Assembly: GCF_009914755.1 (NCBI RefSeq) | Contig: NC_060929.1 | Length of the DNA: 64,000 nt | DNA from: the human T2T-CHM13v2.0 reference genome, Homo sapiens | Strand: one strand, 5' to 3' | Shown here: piece after piece, positions 44,255-56,484 of the stretch | Layout of the letters: every line of letters starts with the position of its first letter | Numbering within the stretch: the stretch's first letter is position 1 | Program-made: the position numbers and the translations under genes | The notes under the pieces: model-generated | What the model was told of the DNA's origin: nothing | Database searches by the model: none | The model's input: only the letters and a program-made list of their open reading frames with translations

Positions 44255-44711
44255 CTTCTTGACCAGAGTGTTTCCCTTTCTTTTGAACTAAGCAATTTAT
44301 TAAGGGCTCTTTACTGTGTTTTATCTAGTGCATCTCAGGACGTCCACGAAATTCTGGAATTATCATCAATAAAATTTTCAGGTCGAAAATAATCTAGATG
44401 ATTGTTTCTATATTAGTCTATGCTCCCAGGTTTTATCAACATACTTGTCTTTAGAATGTGTGAGGGAAAGGGCAGGTTTTGATTCAGCACAGTTCACCAA
44501 GCTACTGAAAGGACATAACAAATTTTCACAATCTTCCTGTATAGGAACCATTTCCACTTTTCAACTTCAGACATTAATATAATCTTATTGGGGAGTCATT
44601 AAAGGGAATGAGTCATAGACCATATCCTGATGAGGGATACACACTATTTAAGGAGCCAATGCTCTCTTCTCCCTTAACTTTCAGCTGAGCTCATGCATTC
44701 TATGATCACTA

Positions 44712-45042
44712 TTTTCTTTCTTTTCTTTCTTTCGTTCTTTTTTTCTTTCCTTTCTTTCTTTTTGCTTTCTTTCTTTCGTTCTTTCTTCTTTCCTTTCTTT
44801 TTGCTTTCTTTCTTTCATTCTTTTTTCTTTCTTTCCTTTCTTTATTCTTCTTTCCCTTCCTTCTCTTTCCTTTTCTCCTCTTTCTTTCTCTTTCCTTTCT
44901 TTCCTTCTTTTCTTCTTTCTCTTTCTTCCTTTCTTTCCCTCCCTCTCTCCCTCCCTCCCTTCCTTCCCTCTTTCCTTTCTTTCTTTCTTTCCTTTTCTTT
45001 TTCTTTTCTTTCTTCTTTTGTCTCTCTCTCTCTCTCTCTCTC
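44712..45042. repeat. ~330-bp pyrimidine microsatellite (TTTC/TTCC/TC)n, the expanded tail of the adjacent Alu
   Basis: Visible directly; abuts the Alu 3' end. Confidence 0.95.
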
Positions 45043-45268
45043 TAAGTCCCACTCTGTTGTCTAGGCTCGAGCACAGTGGTGCAATCACACCTCACTGCAA
45101 CCTCAATCTCCTGGGTTCAATGAATCCTCCCACCTCAGCCTCTCAAGCAGCTGGGATTACAGGTGCATGCCACCATGCCTGGCTAATTTACTTTTGTGTG
45201 TGTGTGGTTTTCTTTTGTTGTTGTTATTTTTTGTAGAGATTGGATTTTGCCATGTTTCCCAGGCTGGT
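45043..45268 (-). mobile_element. AluJ, 5'-truncated
   Basis: cccactctgttgtctaggctcgagcacagtggtgcaatcac...gccatgtttcccaggctggt. Confidence 0.88.
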
Positions 45269-45549
45269 GATGATTATTTTCTTCTAGTGTTTGTTTGTGC
45301 CACCTGAACACTGAAGTGGTGTACCACCTGATCCTCAGGTCTTCTTGTTTCCCTCCTTCCTCCTGGTGGTGAACAACACTTTTTCTGTGCAGCCAGCATC
45401 CCTTTCCTACACCTTTGATTACAATGTCCACCTCCACTCTAGGAAACTTCTTCTTTCCCTCAACATGAGTGCTCTGCTGTCTATGGCAACAAGAGAGAAG
45501 GAGTGAGCCAGCCTGACTTATTATATAGCTGTGCTAAGGCCACTATTTC

Positions 45550-46102
45550 AGGTAGCAGTTCTGTACAGTAAAACATCTCAAAGCTTAGAGCCTTAAAGAA
45601 AGCTTGATTTATGTTCTGTCATGTGTTCTGGGGGTTCATAGGGTAGGTCTTCTCCAAGTGTCATTGGCCACAGTGACTCAGGCGGCTGTATTCAGTTGGT
45701 GCCTGAGCAAGGCTGGGATGGAGGTCAAAATAGCTCTCTGTCAAGTTTGGGTTTTGATGTGTGTCAAGTGGTTCTACTAGCCTCTCCTCCATACAAACCC
45801 TCTATACATGGCCTCTTATCCTCCAGAATATAGCCATAAGCCTCCCTCTTCTGTAGAATCACCTGGGCTTCTCTGCAGCATGACAGTCAGATCTGAGAAC
45901 TAATTGAAAGCTCCCAGGTCTCTTAATGACTAGTTCTGTAACTGACACAACATCACATCTACCACCTCCTATAGGCAAGTCACTAAACTGGCCAAGATCC
46001 GAGGAGAGGAGAAATAGATTAATCTGCAGATAGGAGAAGAAGCTTTCACATATAAAGGGACGTTGAAGTGTCAGTACTCAGTTTTGGAGGCTATCTACCA
46101 CA
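45550..46102 (-). mobile_element. Old MLT1 (MLT1H-like) LTR
   Basis: acatctcaaagcttagagccttaaa...acatggcctct...catcacatctaccacctcctat...ctaccaca. Confidence 0.65.
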
Positions 46103-46509
46103 GATGCAGCATTTGGTACAAGATTTGGTATAGCATTTGGTACATTTGGTACAGCACCCAAGCCAAGCAAGCAAGTAATCAATATTTCTGGATTGCAAAT
46201 CATGGAGATGAGAGCTGCTGGTCATCCTGTCTCCTCCAAAAGAGGAAGTCAGTGAGGCCAACACACAAAAGCTGAGCAAAGACAGATACAGAGAGCGGAC
46301 ATGAGCCGAAAGCAAGGTGTGGACTCAGACTTCAATACACTCACCTTGTGGGAGGTTCCTCAGAGCCGCTCACGGCTGAGGCCAAGTCCAGGCTTCTTCT
46401 TATAGACAAGTGAATCATTACATTTCTTTCTATTTATCCAATGTCATCTCTTTCTCACACTTGCAACTGAATGAATCCTGGGCATTTTCATTTGTTTGTA
46501 CAGCTGCAA

Positions 46510-47270
46510 CTTCAGTCTGCATTTTTAAAGCTCCCACTTTGTTATCTTCAACTTGTTTTTGTCTCCTGAATTTTACATATACATATTAAACTCCCCTACA
46601 ATCACTTACCAGGTAGCTGTACCTCATTGTTACTTCAGAGCCTCAAACTCATCGAAAGTCTAAGCTCCATTATGAAATCATGATTCTACGTAAATCCATT
46701 TTTCATGTTGCCATCCCTACATTGGTTCTGGGTACCTCCTTCCATCCAGTTTTCTAAGCCAGCATTCTAGGAGTCTTCTTTCACACTGATCCTTTATTTT
46801 GTGAGTAGTCTGGTGCTGAGAAGTGCTCCACCTGAAATCCTCAGCTCTGTCACTTTTCAGTCCCTGCCTCATCTCAGTGATTTCCATCCCTCATAAATTC
46901 TCATGGCTGCACTTTCTTCCACTTGCTACCATTCACCTTATCCCACCAAATGCTGTTCCACACAGTTGCCATGGTGACATGATGAAGCAGTAATTTGACC
47001 ATGTCCTTGCAATACTGACTTCTTCAAAGACTCCTCTTAGACTTCAAAATAAAGCCCCAAAATGGGTGTAGCATCATAGAACCTGTCACTTGCTGATCCT
47101 GCTACTTTTTACAGCCGTAACCCATACCTTGGCTTACCCCTTGTCCTCACCCGCACTCTCTTGGGTTTTGCCTACATTGAAATTGTCTCATTTACAAAAA
47201 TATGTCACTTTTGTTTCTTTAGATATAGGAGTCTGGGGCTTCTGCCTGGATTCTCTTCTTTTCATCTGAC
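46510..47270 (+). mobile_element. L2 relic
   Basis: ccatccagtt...ctaggagtcttcttt; ttccacacagttgcc; tgaccatgtc; tctgcctgga. Confidence 0.55.
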
Positions 47271-47444
47271 GCCCATTGAGACCACCCTAATGGCTTATGT
47301 CCAGGGTGGGGTTTAGTAAGGTTGGGACAGCAGATGGGAGAAACTACACAATAAACATCGATCCAATGTAAACACGCACTTACCCTTTCACTCAAATATT
47401 ATACTTCTAGTCACTTAAAAAATATTGCTCAAATATTCTCTAAG

Positions 47445-47710
47445 ATGATCATGTAACAGTGTAAACATATATCAGAACATCAAATTGTGCCCCATAAATA
47501 TATAATACATACAATTATTACTTGTCAAAAGTAAAATGAAAAAACAATGTTTTCTATTATAGCAAAAGGTGGAAATCACCTAAATGTTTTTCCATTAGAG
47601 ACTGATTAAGAAATGTTTTGTACATCCATGCAATGAAATATAATACTAACCACTTGCTAAATCCATATGTAATAACAGCAAGTGAAAAATCATATTATTA
47701 AAGGACATGA
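47445..47710 (+). mobile_element. L1MA 3' tip followed by an L1ME fragment
   Basis: atcagaacatcaaattgtgccccataaatatat...; atagcaaaaggtggaaatcacctaaatgt...tacatccatgcaatgaaata. Confidence 0.65.
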
Positions 47711-48567
47711 TGAAGGGAAGCATCCTAAGGGTCTGGGAATGCTGCTTACTAGAGAGTTCTACTCTCTCTGTGTTAATTGGAATTTTATTACTTACTGTCA
47801 GAAATAATGTATACTTCATTTTTGGAACATAGAGGTAGATATATTTAGATATCCCACTAAATAAATCTCAACTTCTGGGTTAGAATTGGAAATTTTTTAT
47901 CTCAGAATAAAAATGACCCATTTTCTCTCTTTGACTGTTTCCTAGTTTAATTTTCTGTCCACATTATGCTGCTAAAGTGCGTGGAAGAGCTATGGAATAC
48001 AATTAGATATGTTCAAAGAATTACTTTTATTCTAAATCTCATTTTTAGCTGCTTAAAACTTCTTGAAAAAAAAAATGTGCCTTTGGCCTAAGATTTCTCG
48101 AGCTGTTCTCAAGCTAACACTCAATTTTATTTGGAAAGCTGGGTGGAAGTTATCTAGTTCCTTTCAGTTTTCAATATTTAAACCAATGTTTTTATTGCAC
48201 TGAAAGGAAAAACAATAATGTTCAAATACTTTATTTATGAGTAACCTGAAAAGGTTTCCATTAAATTATCCTCAAGTTGGCATGGTTGCAGTCTGAATTA
48301 AAAACAAAAGGAAACCCAAAGCATGTTTTCTCTATCCATACTGGCATCCAGGTAAGTAAAATTGAGCAACAGCAACTAAAACACTATTGTCTTTGTGGTC
48401 TCTGTGTTAACATCAACTTTCACGTGGACCCACACATATAAACAAGTCTTCGTGGCATTAGACCGCAGTGTAAGTCTTTCCTTGTGCAAATGATTTATTT
48501 TTACATTTGTTTGTTTTTAATTATGGCAGCAAACCAATATGGCATTTCCTGTATGTTAACATTATGT

Positions 48568-48745
48568 CTCTCTTCTCTCTCTCTACCTCTCCCTCTCTCC
48601 CCCTGCCTCCCTCTCTCTCTCTCTCTCCTACCTCCCTCTTACCTCCCTCTAGCTCTCTCTTCCTCTCTCTCTCCCACCTCCCTCTTCCTTTCTCCCTCTC
48701 TCTCTTCCTCTCTTCTCCCTCTCTCTCTCCTCCCTCCCTCCTTTT
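48568..48745. repeat. CT-rich low-complexity tract
   Basis: Visible directly. Confidence 0.9.
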
Positions 48746-48798
48746 TATTTGTCTCTCAATTCAGATTATTCTCTCTTTGACCTTAGTAGTATTGATTA

Positions 48799-49130
<332 letters not shown>

Positions 49131-51029
49131 CTTTATCCTTGGCATGGGCCTATTTTCGTGAATACTATTTATCAAAAGCTTTCCTTCAATTTCCTGATTT
49201 TACTCCCTTGCCCCATGTTCTGAGACACCTGGTGGTGCCAGTTTTCAGCCATCAGATCAACCTGCTTTGTGAAGTCAATGAACTCCTGGCATTGCTCACC
49301 ATCCTCTAAGGGCATATATGTTACACTTCAAATCACAATAAAATCCCGCCTTGAGTGTCCCAGGTCAGTTATTAGCATCTCTTTCCAGCATCCAAAACAC
49401 CTTTACTATTGTTGCCTCCCCTGTTCTCACAACACTTGTATTTTGTGTGTGTGTTTTCTTTAAATTAGTTCTAGTGGTGGTTCTTGGAGGGAGCATATTT
49501 AGTTCTCATACTTTGAATTTTATTCACCAACTTATCCTAGAAAGTGTGTAAAATTTGTCAAGTGAGCACAAAGCAATTGTCCTTCGTAAGTGGCCCTGGA
49601 AGGCTGAAACAGCAAAGAAAATCTAACCATGACTGCCACAGTTTTTTTCTGTACTATTTTAGGTGGAAAAAAAAAATGCCTGAAGTCTTCAGAGCTACAT
49701 GTCATAGGCAAAGTAACATTTTATGTAATAACAAACTAAATATATCCCAGAACAGCAGTACTAACGCATTTAAATTTCTGTGTTATTGAACACAAATTAA
49801 AGAATCATTTACTCTCTTACATATTAAGACGCACAGTTAAAAGCGAACCTATAAAATATACAAATTAAGTTTAAACAGAATTATCTAATGCCTCTGCGTG
49901 AGGAAGATAATTATTGGTAACTTCCCAGCTATAAGCTATTTATGTTTTAACCATGAACTAGAAGAACATTTAAAGTGAGTTTTGTAATCCATTTTTTCTT
50001 ATCCAATTTAACTTCCCCTAAAAGTTCAATTAGAAATTTATGAGGAAGAAATCAGAAATCATTAGAGTAAAGCTGCTATCAAATTTCTGATTTATGGACT
50101 TCCAAACTTTTAGCCTTCTACCCTTTTTTGATTAAAACTCCTATTCTTTACTAATCCACAGGAACGAACAATTTAACTCTAATTTGTCATTGCCAAATAC
50201 ATTTGAAATGTTTCTTATTGATGCAATGATATATGTGACTCTACATAACGCTTATTTTCAAAGGATTTGTATTAATATACATATATAACTATATCTGTAG
50301 CTCCATCTATGGTTAACGGTTTTCGTGGATTTCTATTTCAAGCAATATGGCAGACTAAATAGAAGGCCACTCCATCTTAGATGAATTGAAACAAATACAT
50401 CTTAAATTTACTGTGAAGCTTACAGATGTCAGACAGGATGTAAGACAACTGTCTAAAGGGCAAAAGGAAAAACAGAACATTGCAGGGAAAACACATGTTA
50501 TAAAACCTGGAATTTCCTGGAAAAAAAAAAAGCCAACCCAAACCTAGCACCTGTAAATGTTGGAGACCTAAGTGTGAGACTCTTCCTTTAATCCTTGACA
50601 CATTGTAGGCCCTCAGTATTTCTGTGATTAATTTTAACCAATGAGGAAAAACATACCACCAATGGCAAAAGAAAACAAGTCACCAATGGTTGGTAGTCAG
50701 TAGAAACAATCCAATATAAATAAAACCTCAAAGGCTTCAGATACTAAAATTATAACGGAAAATGCTGTGTATGAAATATCTAAACAAAAGAAGGAATCAC
50801 ATATTAAGCAGCAATATGCTATCAGAACTGGCAAGGAAGATTTGGAAAATCACTAAATAAAGCATTTAAAGATGAAAAATATAATCACTAATAATCAAAC
50901 TTCAATTAGTCTATTTAATGCCAACTAGGGAAAGGCTGAAGAAGTAACTGGTATCTTTGGCAATAGAAACAAAGAAAGTATGCAGAATATATTGAGTCAA
51001 AGGATAGTAACAGACATATTCCACATTCT

Positions 51030-51599
51030 ATTGAATCATTAATAACCTATCCCAAAACTTAGTAGCCTAAAAAATCAATTATTTTATCCTCCACATGGAT
51101 TCTGAAAGTCAGTAGTTCATTTAGGGCACAACTACAAGCAAGGATGGTTTCTTTCTGTTCAACGATGTGAGGGGCCTCAAAAGCGGGGGGTGACTTCAGC
51201 TGATGGCTGATGGCTAGGTGACATCAACACTCACGTCTGATGGGTGATGTTGGTTGGCAGCTTGTACCTAAGTTGGGCTGTCAACCAGAACAACTGCATG
51301 TGGCCTCCACACACAAGCTTTTACCTGTGTGCCCCATGAGAAAGCTTATTTGAGGTTCCTCATATTATGAGGCTGGCCCCAAAAGCAGGTGTCCCAAAAG
51401 ACTGCAACATTATTATGACCTAGCCTTGGAAGTCAGATGGAATCACATCTGCTATACTCTGCTGGTTGAACAGTCACAAAAATCCACTGAATTCCAGAAG
51501 CAGGGAACTAGGTGCATCCCACTCTTTGATGAGATGAATGCCAAGATCACATGGCAAGCAAATCACGTTGAGCCATCTTTAGAAACACACTTGGCTACA
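51030..51599 (-). mobile_element. Old MLT1 (F/G-like) LTR
   Basis: cccaaaacttagtagcctaaaa...atgacctagccttggaagtca...ccactctttgatg...ccatcttt...ctaca. Confidence 0.7.
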
Positions 51600-52308
51600 G
51601 AAAGGTAAAATCTATGGAATGGATTGAGAAGGTCCTAAATAAAGATAATCAGAATCCTGGAAAGGGGAAAGACAACAGCAAGGAAACAATTTTCCAAATG
51701 AAAGTGGCTGAGAATTTCATACAAGAATGAAGGCACAAATCCCCAAACACAGGAATCACAAGCTATAAAAGTAAGGATAAGTAAAAGAAAACTTGTCTTT
51801 TCATATTGTAATGAAGCATACAAACAAACATACAAAAACAAAAGACAAAGAAAATTCTTAGGATAAAAAGAGGAAAGACAGCTCATCTAATAGAATAACA
51901 TGAAGACGGCTCCTCAGGCACAAAAGTGAAGGCCAAGAAAGCAGGGAGTTATGTCACTAAAGTCTCATAGAAATCTAATCTCCTCCTGGAACTGTCTATT
52001 CAGAAATGTTTTTTTTTCATTAGTGAAGGTAAAATATATTTCAGATTATCAAAAACTAAAAAGAAATTCACCATCTTAAAAAAATCAACATGTGTCAAAC
52101 TTGGCTAATGAATTTTCAAGGATATATTTTAAAAAGAAGAAAAATGACTCTAAGAGAAAAATGAACCAAAACATTGGTGAATATGTTGGTAAATACAAAC
52201 TGGGAATTTTTTGCATTAAAAAATGACAAAATAATTAAAAATATCTTCTTTCTAAAGTTAAAGTGATGAAGAATTTCTAGAATTAAAATATTAGACTACA
52301 ATAGCTTG

Positions 52309-52730
52309 TGATATTGTTTGGATCTATGTCCGGGCCCAAATATCATGTGGAATTGTAATTCCCAATGTTGGAGATGGGGCTGATGGAAGGTGATTGGATC
52401 ATGGGAGTGGTCCTTCATGAATGGATTAGCTCCCTCTTCTTGGTGCTGTTCTCATGATAGTGAGTGAGTGATTTATTGTGAGATCTGTTTTTTTAAAAGT
52501 GTATAGCACCTCCCTCCTCTCTCTTGCTCCTACTCTGGCCATGTAATATGTGTGTTCTCTCTTCACCTTCTGCCATGATTGTAAGTTTCCTGAGGCCACC
52601 CCAGAAGCTGAGCAGATACCAGCATGATGCTTCCTGTATAGCTTTCAGAATCATGAGCCAGTGAAACCTCTTTTCTTTGTAAATTACTCAGTCTCAGGTA
52701 TTTATAGCAATGTGAGAATGGCCTAATACA
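52309..52730 (+). mobile_element. MSTA solo LTR
   Basis: tgatattgtttggatct...cagaagctgagcagataccagc...cctaataca; near-TSD gcttg/gcatg. Confidence 0.9.
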
Positions 52731-54809
52731 GCATGTAAGTTGAGGTGTGGGAAGGAAAATGAACGGTTAATGTTTCCTAAGCTCATCTTACTGTTCAGGA
52801 GGGAAGGTTCAGATATTGATTGCTTCTAGACATCGTTAAATGCAGTTTACAAAATTGAAGGGATAGTCATTAAAGTAATGAAAACCAAGCATACAATTTA
52901 CATACCAGTAAAGGGGTAAAATGAAATTTAAAAATAAACATGTAAAAATGGAACAATAAAAATAGGTCAAGAAAGAAGGATTTTTTAATATGAATAAAGT
53001 GGGACAAAAAAGCATTAGGAATTGAGTCCAAATATTACTAATCACAATAAACATAGATCCAATCATTAACCTACAGAAAGTAGAGATTAACCAATTGCAT
53101 TTTTAAAAAGTCAAATGCTTAATACGAGACAAAATCTAAAACCTACATGTATTATTATAAGACTGGGCTCAGAGGTTCCTGCTGCTGTTTCACATCCCTC
53201 TATAAAGATTGAGATATTTGCAAAATGAGGAATCTGGGATCTTATATCCTAGCAAGACACAAGTTTTCATGGCTTCTCTGATCTTCCCTGAGATAACTAA
53301 ATGGGGGAAAAAGAGAACTGAGGATGGCTGGGCAGTGCAAGAGGCAGCAGTGGACACATTGCCCCAATCCTTGGCCTGGCAAGGATGCTGTGCAAGGTGG
53401 CTTTGCAGGAGGAATCTCGTGTGACTCCCTTTAGTGGGTTGACCCCTTGGAGAGGACCCCAGTTACAAAGTCTGTGGGGAGTTCTATCATAGTACAGTAT
53501 TGATTTTGGAGGAAAAGGCCTAGCCACAACCTCATACTCCACATCAAGGAAGCGTGCAATAGGAACACCCATCTTGGGGCCAGAAAAGAGAGTAACTTTG
53601 CTCAAACCTTCAATGATAGTTCCTTAGAGGGACATAGAGACTCAGGTCGATCTGACTCTGGGCCACCCCTCCAGCTCATCCTCCAGCCACCAGGAGCCTC
53701 AGAAACAGGTCCTTCCCTTCATACTCCATCAGGCTACTGATCTCGCTCCCTGAAATTCCCCCTTTCAGTAACTCCACGTTCTTCAGAACTGCACCCTTCT
53801 CAGTCCATCTGTGCTAAGGCCCCAGCCTGGGATCTATGCTTCTTCCCAGCTCCTGTGGTCCCATGTCTACTTCTGTCCTTGTGCTGACTACACCCAGCTC
53901 TGACTGCCTGGGTAATATCACCATATAGTAATGAACCAGGGAAATAAATTGGAAAAAGGGAATAGAAAGAAATGTCTCAATGGGACTAATTATGGAATAT
54001 AAAACACAATGACTCCCTGTATGCACTGGAAAAAGGCAGAGAGAAAAAGCTAACAAGACAGGCACCCCTAGTGAAGCAAATTAGGTTCCTGATTACACCG
54101 CTGTGGAGCTGAAAGAGAAAGTTCTCCAGGGTCCCTGTGCATCTCTGGTCTCTCCATTCAGAGTGGGGTGCAGGGCTGCAGGTGCCTTTCTCCTTCCTGG
54201 GGTATAGATCCTAAGGTGTAAGGTCCCCAGAGTGCTGAAACTGTGTGACACACAGGTGTAAACCCACTCTTATGGCTGACTCCTGAGGATGGGAGCTTCC
54301 AGTGGGGTCTGGGACTGCATACCAATTCCCCTCACTTAAGACCACTGAGGGTGACTGTGCTGTGAGGTATGGTAAGCGCCATTTGGATGGTGTCTTACAT
54401 TGCAGGGAACGATATGTCTAGTCATTCTCTACATCCAGCTTTTGTGAATGTGCACCCGATAAAAGAGACTGAGGGCGAGTCACCTGTGGAGGAGCTGCTT
54501 TATAGTCTAAGGTAAACTCAGTACTCTGTATATCCATAGCAATACAGGAACAAATCTGTCTTCTCCTTTCCCCTGATAAAGTCTTATGTTGTTACTATGG
54601 CAACTCAGTCCACAAAATTGATAATAATTAGAAACAAAATAGGAGAACATCTTTACCTACTGGAACTGGGAAATAAATCCCCAAAAGTACAAAGAAAAGA
54701 TAGGCAAATAGCAAGCCAGTGGCCAAATGTAATAAAACACAGTTGGGCAGTTTATGGGACTGAGGAAATGTATCCTGCCCTTGGTAACCACCTGTTTTAT
54801 TCTCTATCT

Positions 54810-55300
54810 CTCTGTATTTGACTTTTTAAAGAAACTTTCTTTTTAGATTCCACATTTAAGTGACATCACACAGCATTTTTCCTTCTGTGTCTGGTTTATT
54901 TCATGTCTTCTAGATTCATCTATCTTGTAGCAAATGTCAGGATCTCTTTCCTTTTTAAGGTTGAATAATATTTTATTAAACACAAACACACACATACACA
55001 CACACACATACACACTTCAGTCTCTTAATCTATTCAGCCATTGATGATACTTCAAATGTTTCCATATTTTGGTTATTGTGAACAGCACTTCAATGAACAT
55101 GGAAACGCAGGTATCTTTATGAGGTGGTGACTTGATTTCTTTTTGATCTGTACCCAGAAGAGGGATTACTGGGTGGTACGTTAGTTCTATATTTAATTTC
55201 TTTAGGGACCTCCATACTGTTTTCTACATGACTGCACTAATCTACATTCCTACCAACAGTGTACACGGGCTTCCTTCTCTCAATAACCTCCCCAGCACTT
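54810..55300 (-). mobile_element. L1MA-type fragment (ORF2 end / 3'UTR)
   Basis: tttagattccacatttaagtga...tacccagaagagggattactggg...acattcctaccaacagtgtac. Confidence 0.8.
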
Positions 55301-55304
55301 CTTA

Positions 55305-55615
55305 TACAATCTTAATTGATGCATAAAAATCATTTGACATAGTCTGACATATTTTCTTGACAAAAATCATTAACAATTTAGGTATGTAAGAAATTTACTC
55401 AATGTATTACAGGACATTTATGAAAAAACACACAGTTAACATTATGATCATCTAATACTCAGCACAAAGCAAGGATGTCCACTCTCACCACTTCTGTTCA
55501 ACACAGTACTGGAAATATTGGCAAGAACAGTCAGAAAAAAAAGTAAGTCAAAGGAATACATCAGAAAGAAAGAAGTAAAAATATCTCTATTGGTATACAG
55601 TATAATCCTGTATCT
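55305..55615 (+). mobile_element. Old L1 ORF2 (RT region) fragment
   Basis: gatgcataaaaatcatttgaca...caaggatgtccactctcaccacttctgttcaacacagtactggaa (QGCPLSPLLFN motif). Confidence 0.75.
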
Positions 55616-55899
55616 TTAGCTTTTTATTTACAAAATTTACATGACAACACGCTTTTTTAAAAATCATTTGAAAAATACAGTAGGGTGTTTTGTAAAATAT
55701 ACTTTATTATGTTTATAATACATATATTAGTATATACTATATATTCTACCAAAAAAGGACAGTCTATGTTCCTTCTCCTCACTCTGAGTTTCCAAATATT
55801 GCTACCCAAAGCTAGCTTCTTCCCTAAATGGAACCACTTTTAACAGCTTGTATGTGTATCTTGGAGGGAGGAAGGGGTGAGAGAAGAGATAAAAATATA

Positions 55900-56090
55900 C
55901 CAAGTTTTCTAAACCTCACACTGTTGACATTTTGGGCCATATCATTCTTTGGTTTAGGATACTGTCATATACACTGTGTAGGATGTTTGGCAGTATTCTT
56001 CACCTCTACCTAGTAGATGCTAGTAGCATACACCTCTCCAGTTTTGTCAAACAAAAATACTTTTAGACATTGCCACCTGAGGTGGCTGCT
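55900..56090. mobile_element. MER20 hAT element
   Basis: aacctcacactgttgacattttgggcc...gtaggatgtttggcag...tagatgctagtagca...agacattgcca. Confidence 0.8.
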
Positions 56091-56484
56091 CTAGAGAAAT
56101 CTTTCTTTACCTCATTTTCCTTTTTCTCCACTTACACTTCAATGAGCAATGATGACATGAGTCTTCCCTGAAAAGGTCCTGAATTTATCTCACAGTTGTG
56201 AAAGTAATAGGACAGGGAAAGTTCCTCAATACCATGCTGGTGGGGGCCTAATGCCTCCCAGTGCCATATTCAAAAATTTAAGAACTGTCACACTGGGTTG
56301 GCTCCATGTGTCCCCACAACATCTCTATGTATACAACAGGATCTTAAAGTTGTTGCTACCTGGATTGAGTGTGCTACAATCTGTGGGAAATTAAGAATGA
56401 CAGGAACTCTTGCTATGGAAAATCAAAACTTTTATTTCAAAAAAAGCTAGCCTCTCATACATTGCTGATAAGAATTTAAATTGC

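Larger units (their letters stand above)
50330..53140 (+). mobile_element. Highly decayed ancient L1 (L1ME-type) 5'/ORF1-to-ORF2-start relic, interrupted by two LTRs
   Basis: A-rich sense strand with gcaatatggcagact, gtggctgagaatttc, and ccaaatattactaatcacaataaacataga (ORF2-start-like). Confidence 0.55.

Noticed and set aside
44681-45088. Lys/Glu/Arg-rich and Phe/Ser/Leu-rich ORFs (also 48484-48848 and 61114-61742)
   Set aside because: Translations of stop-free microsatellites.
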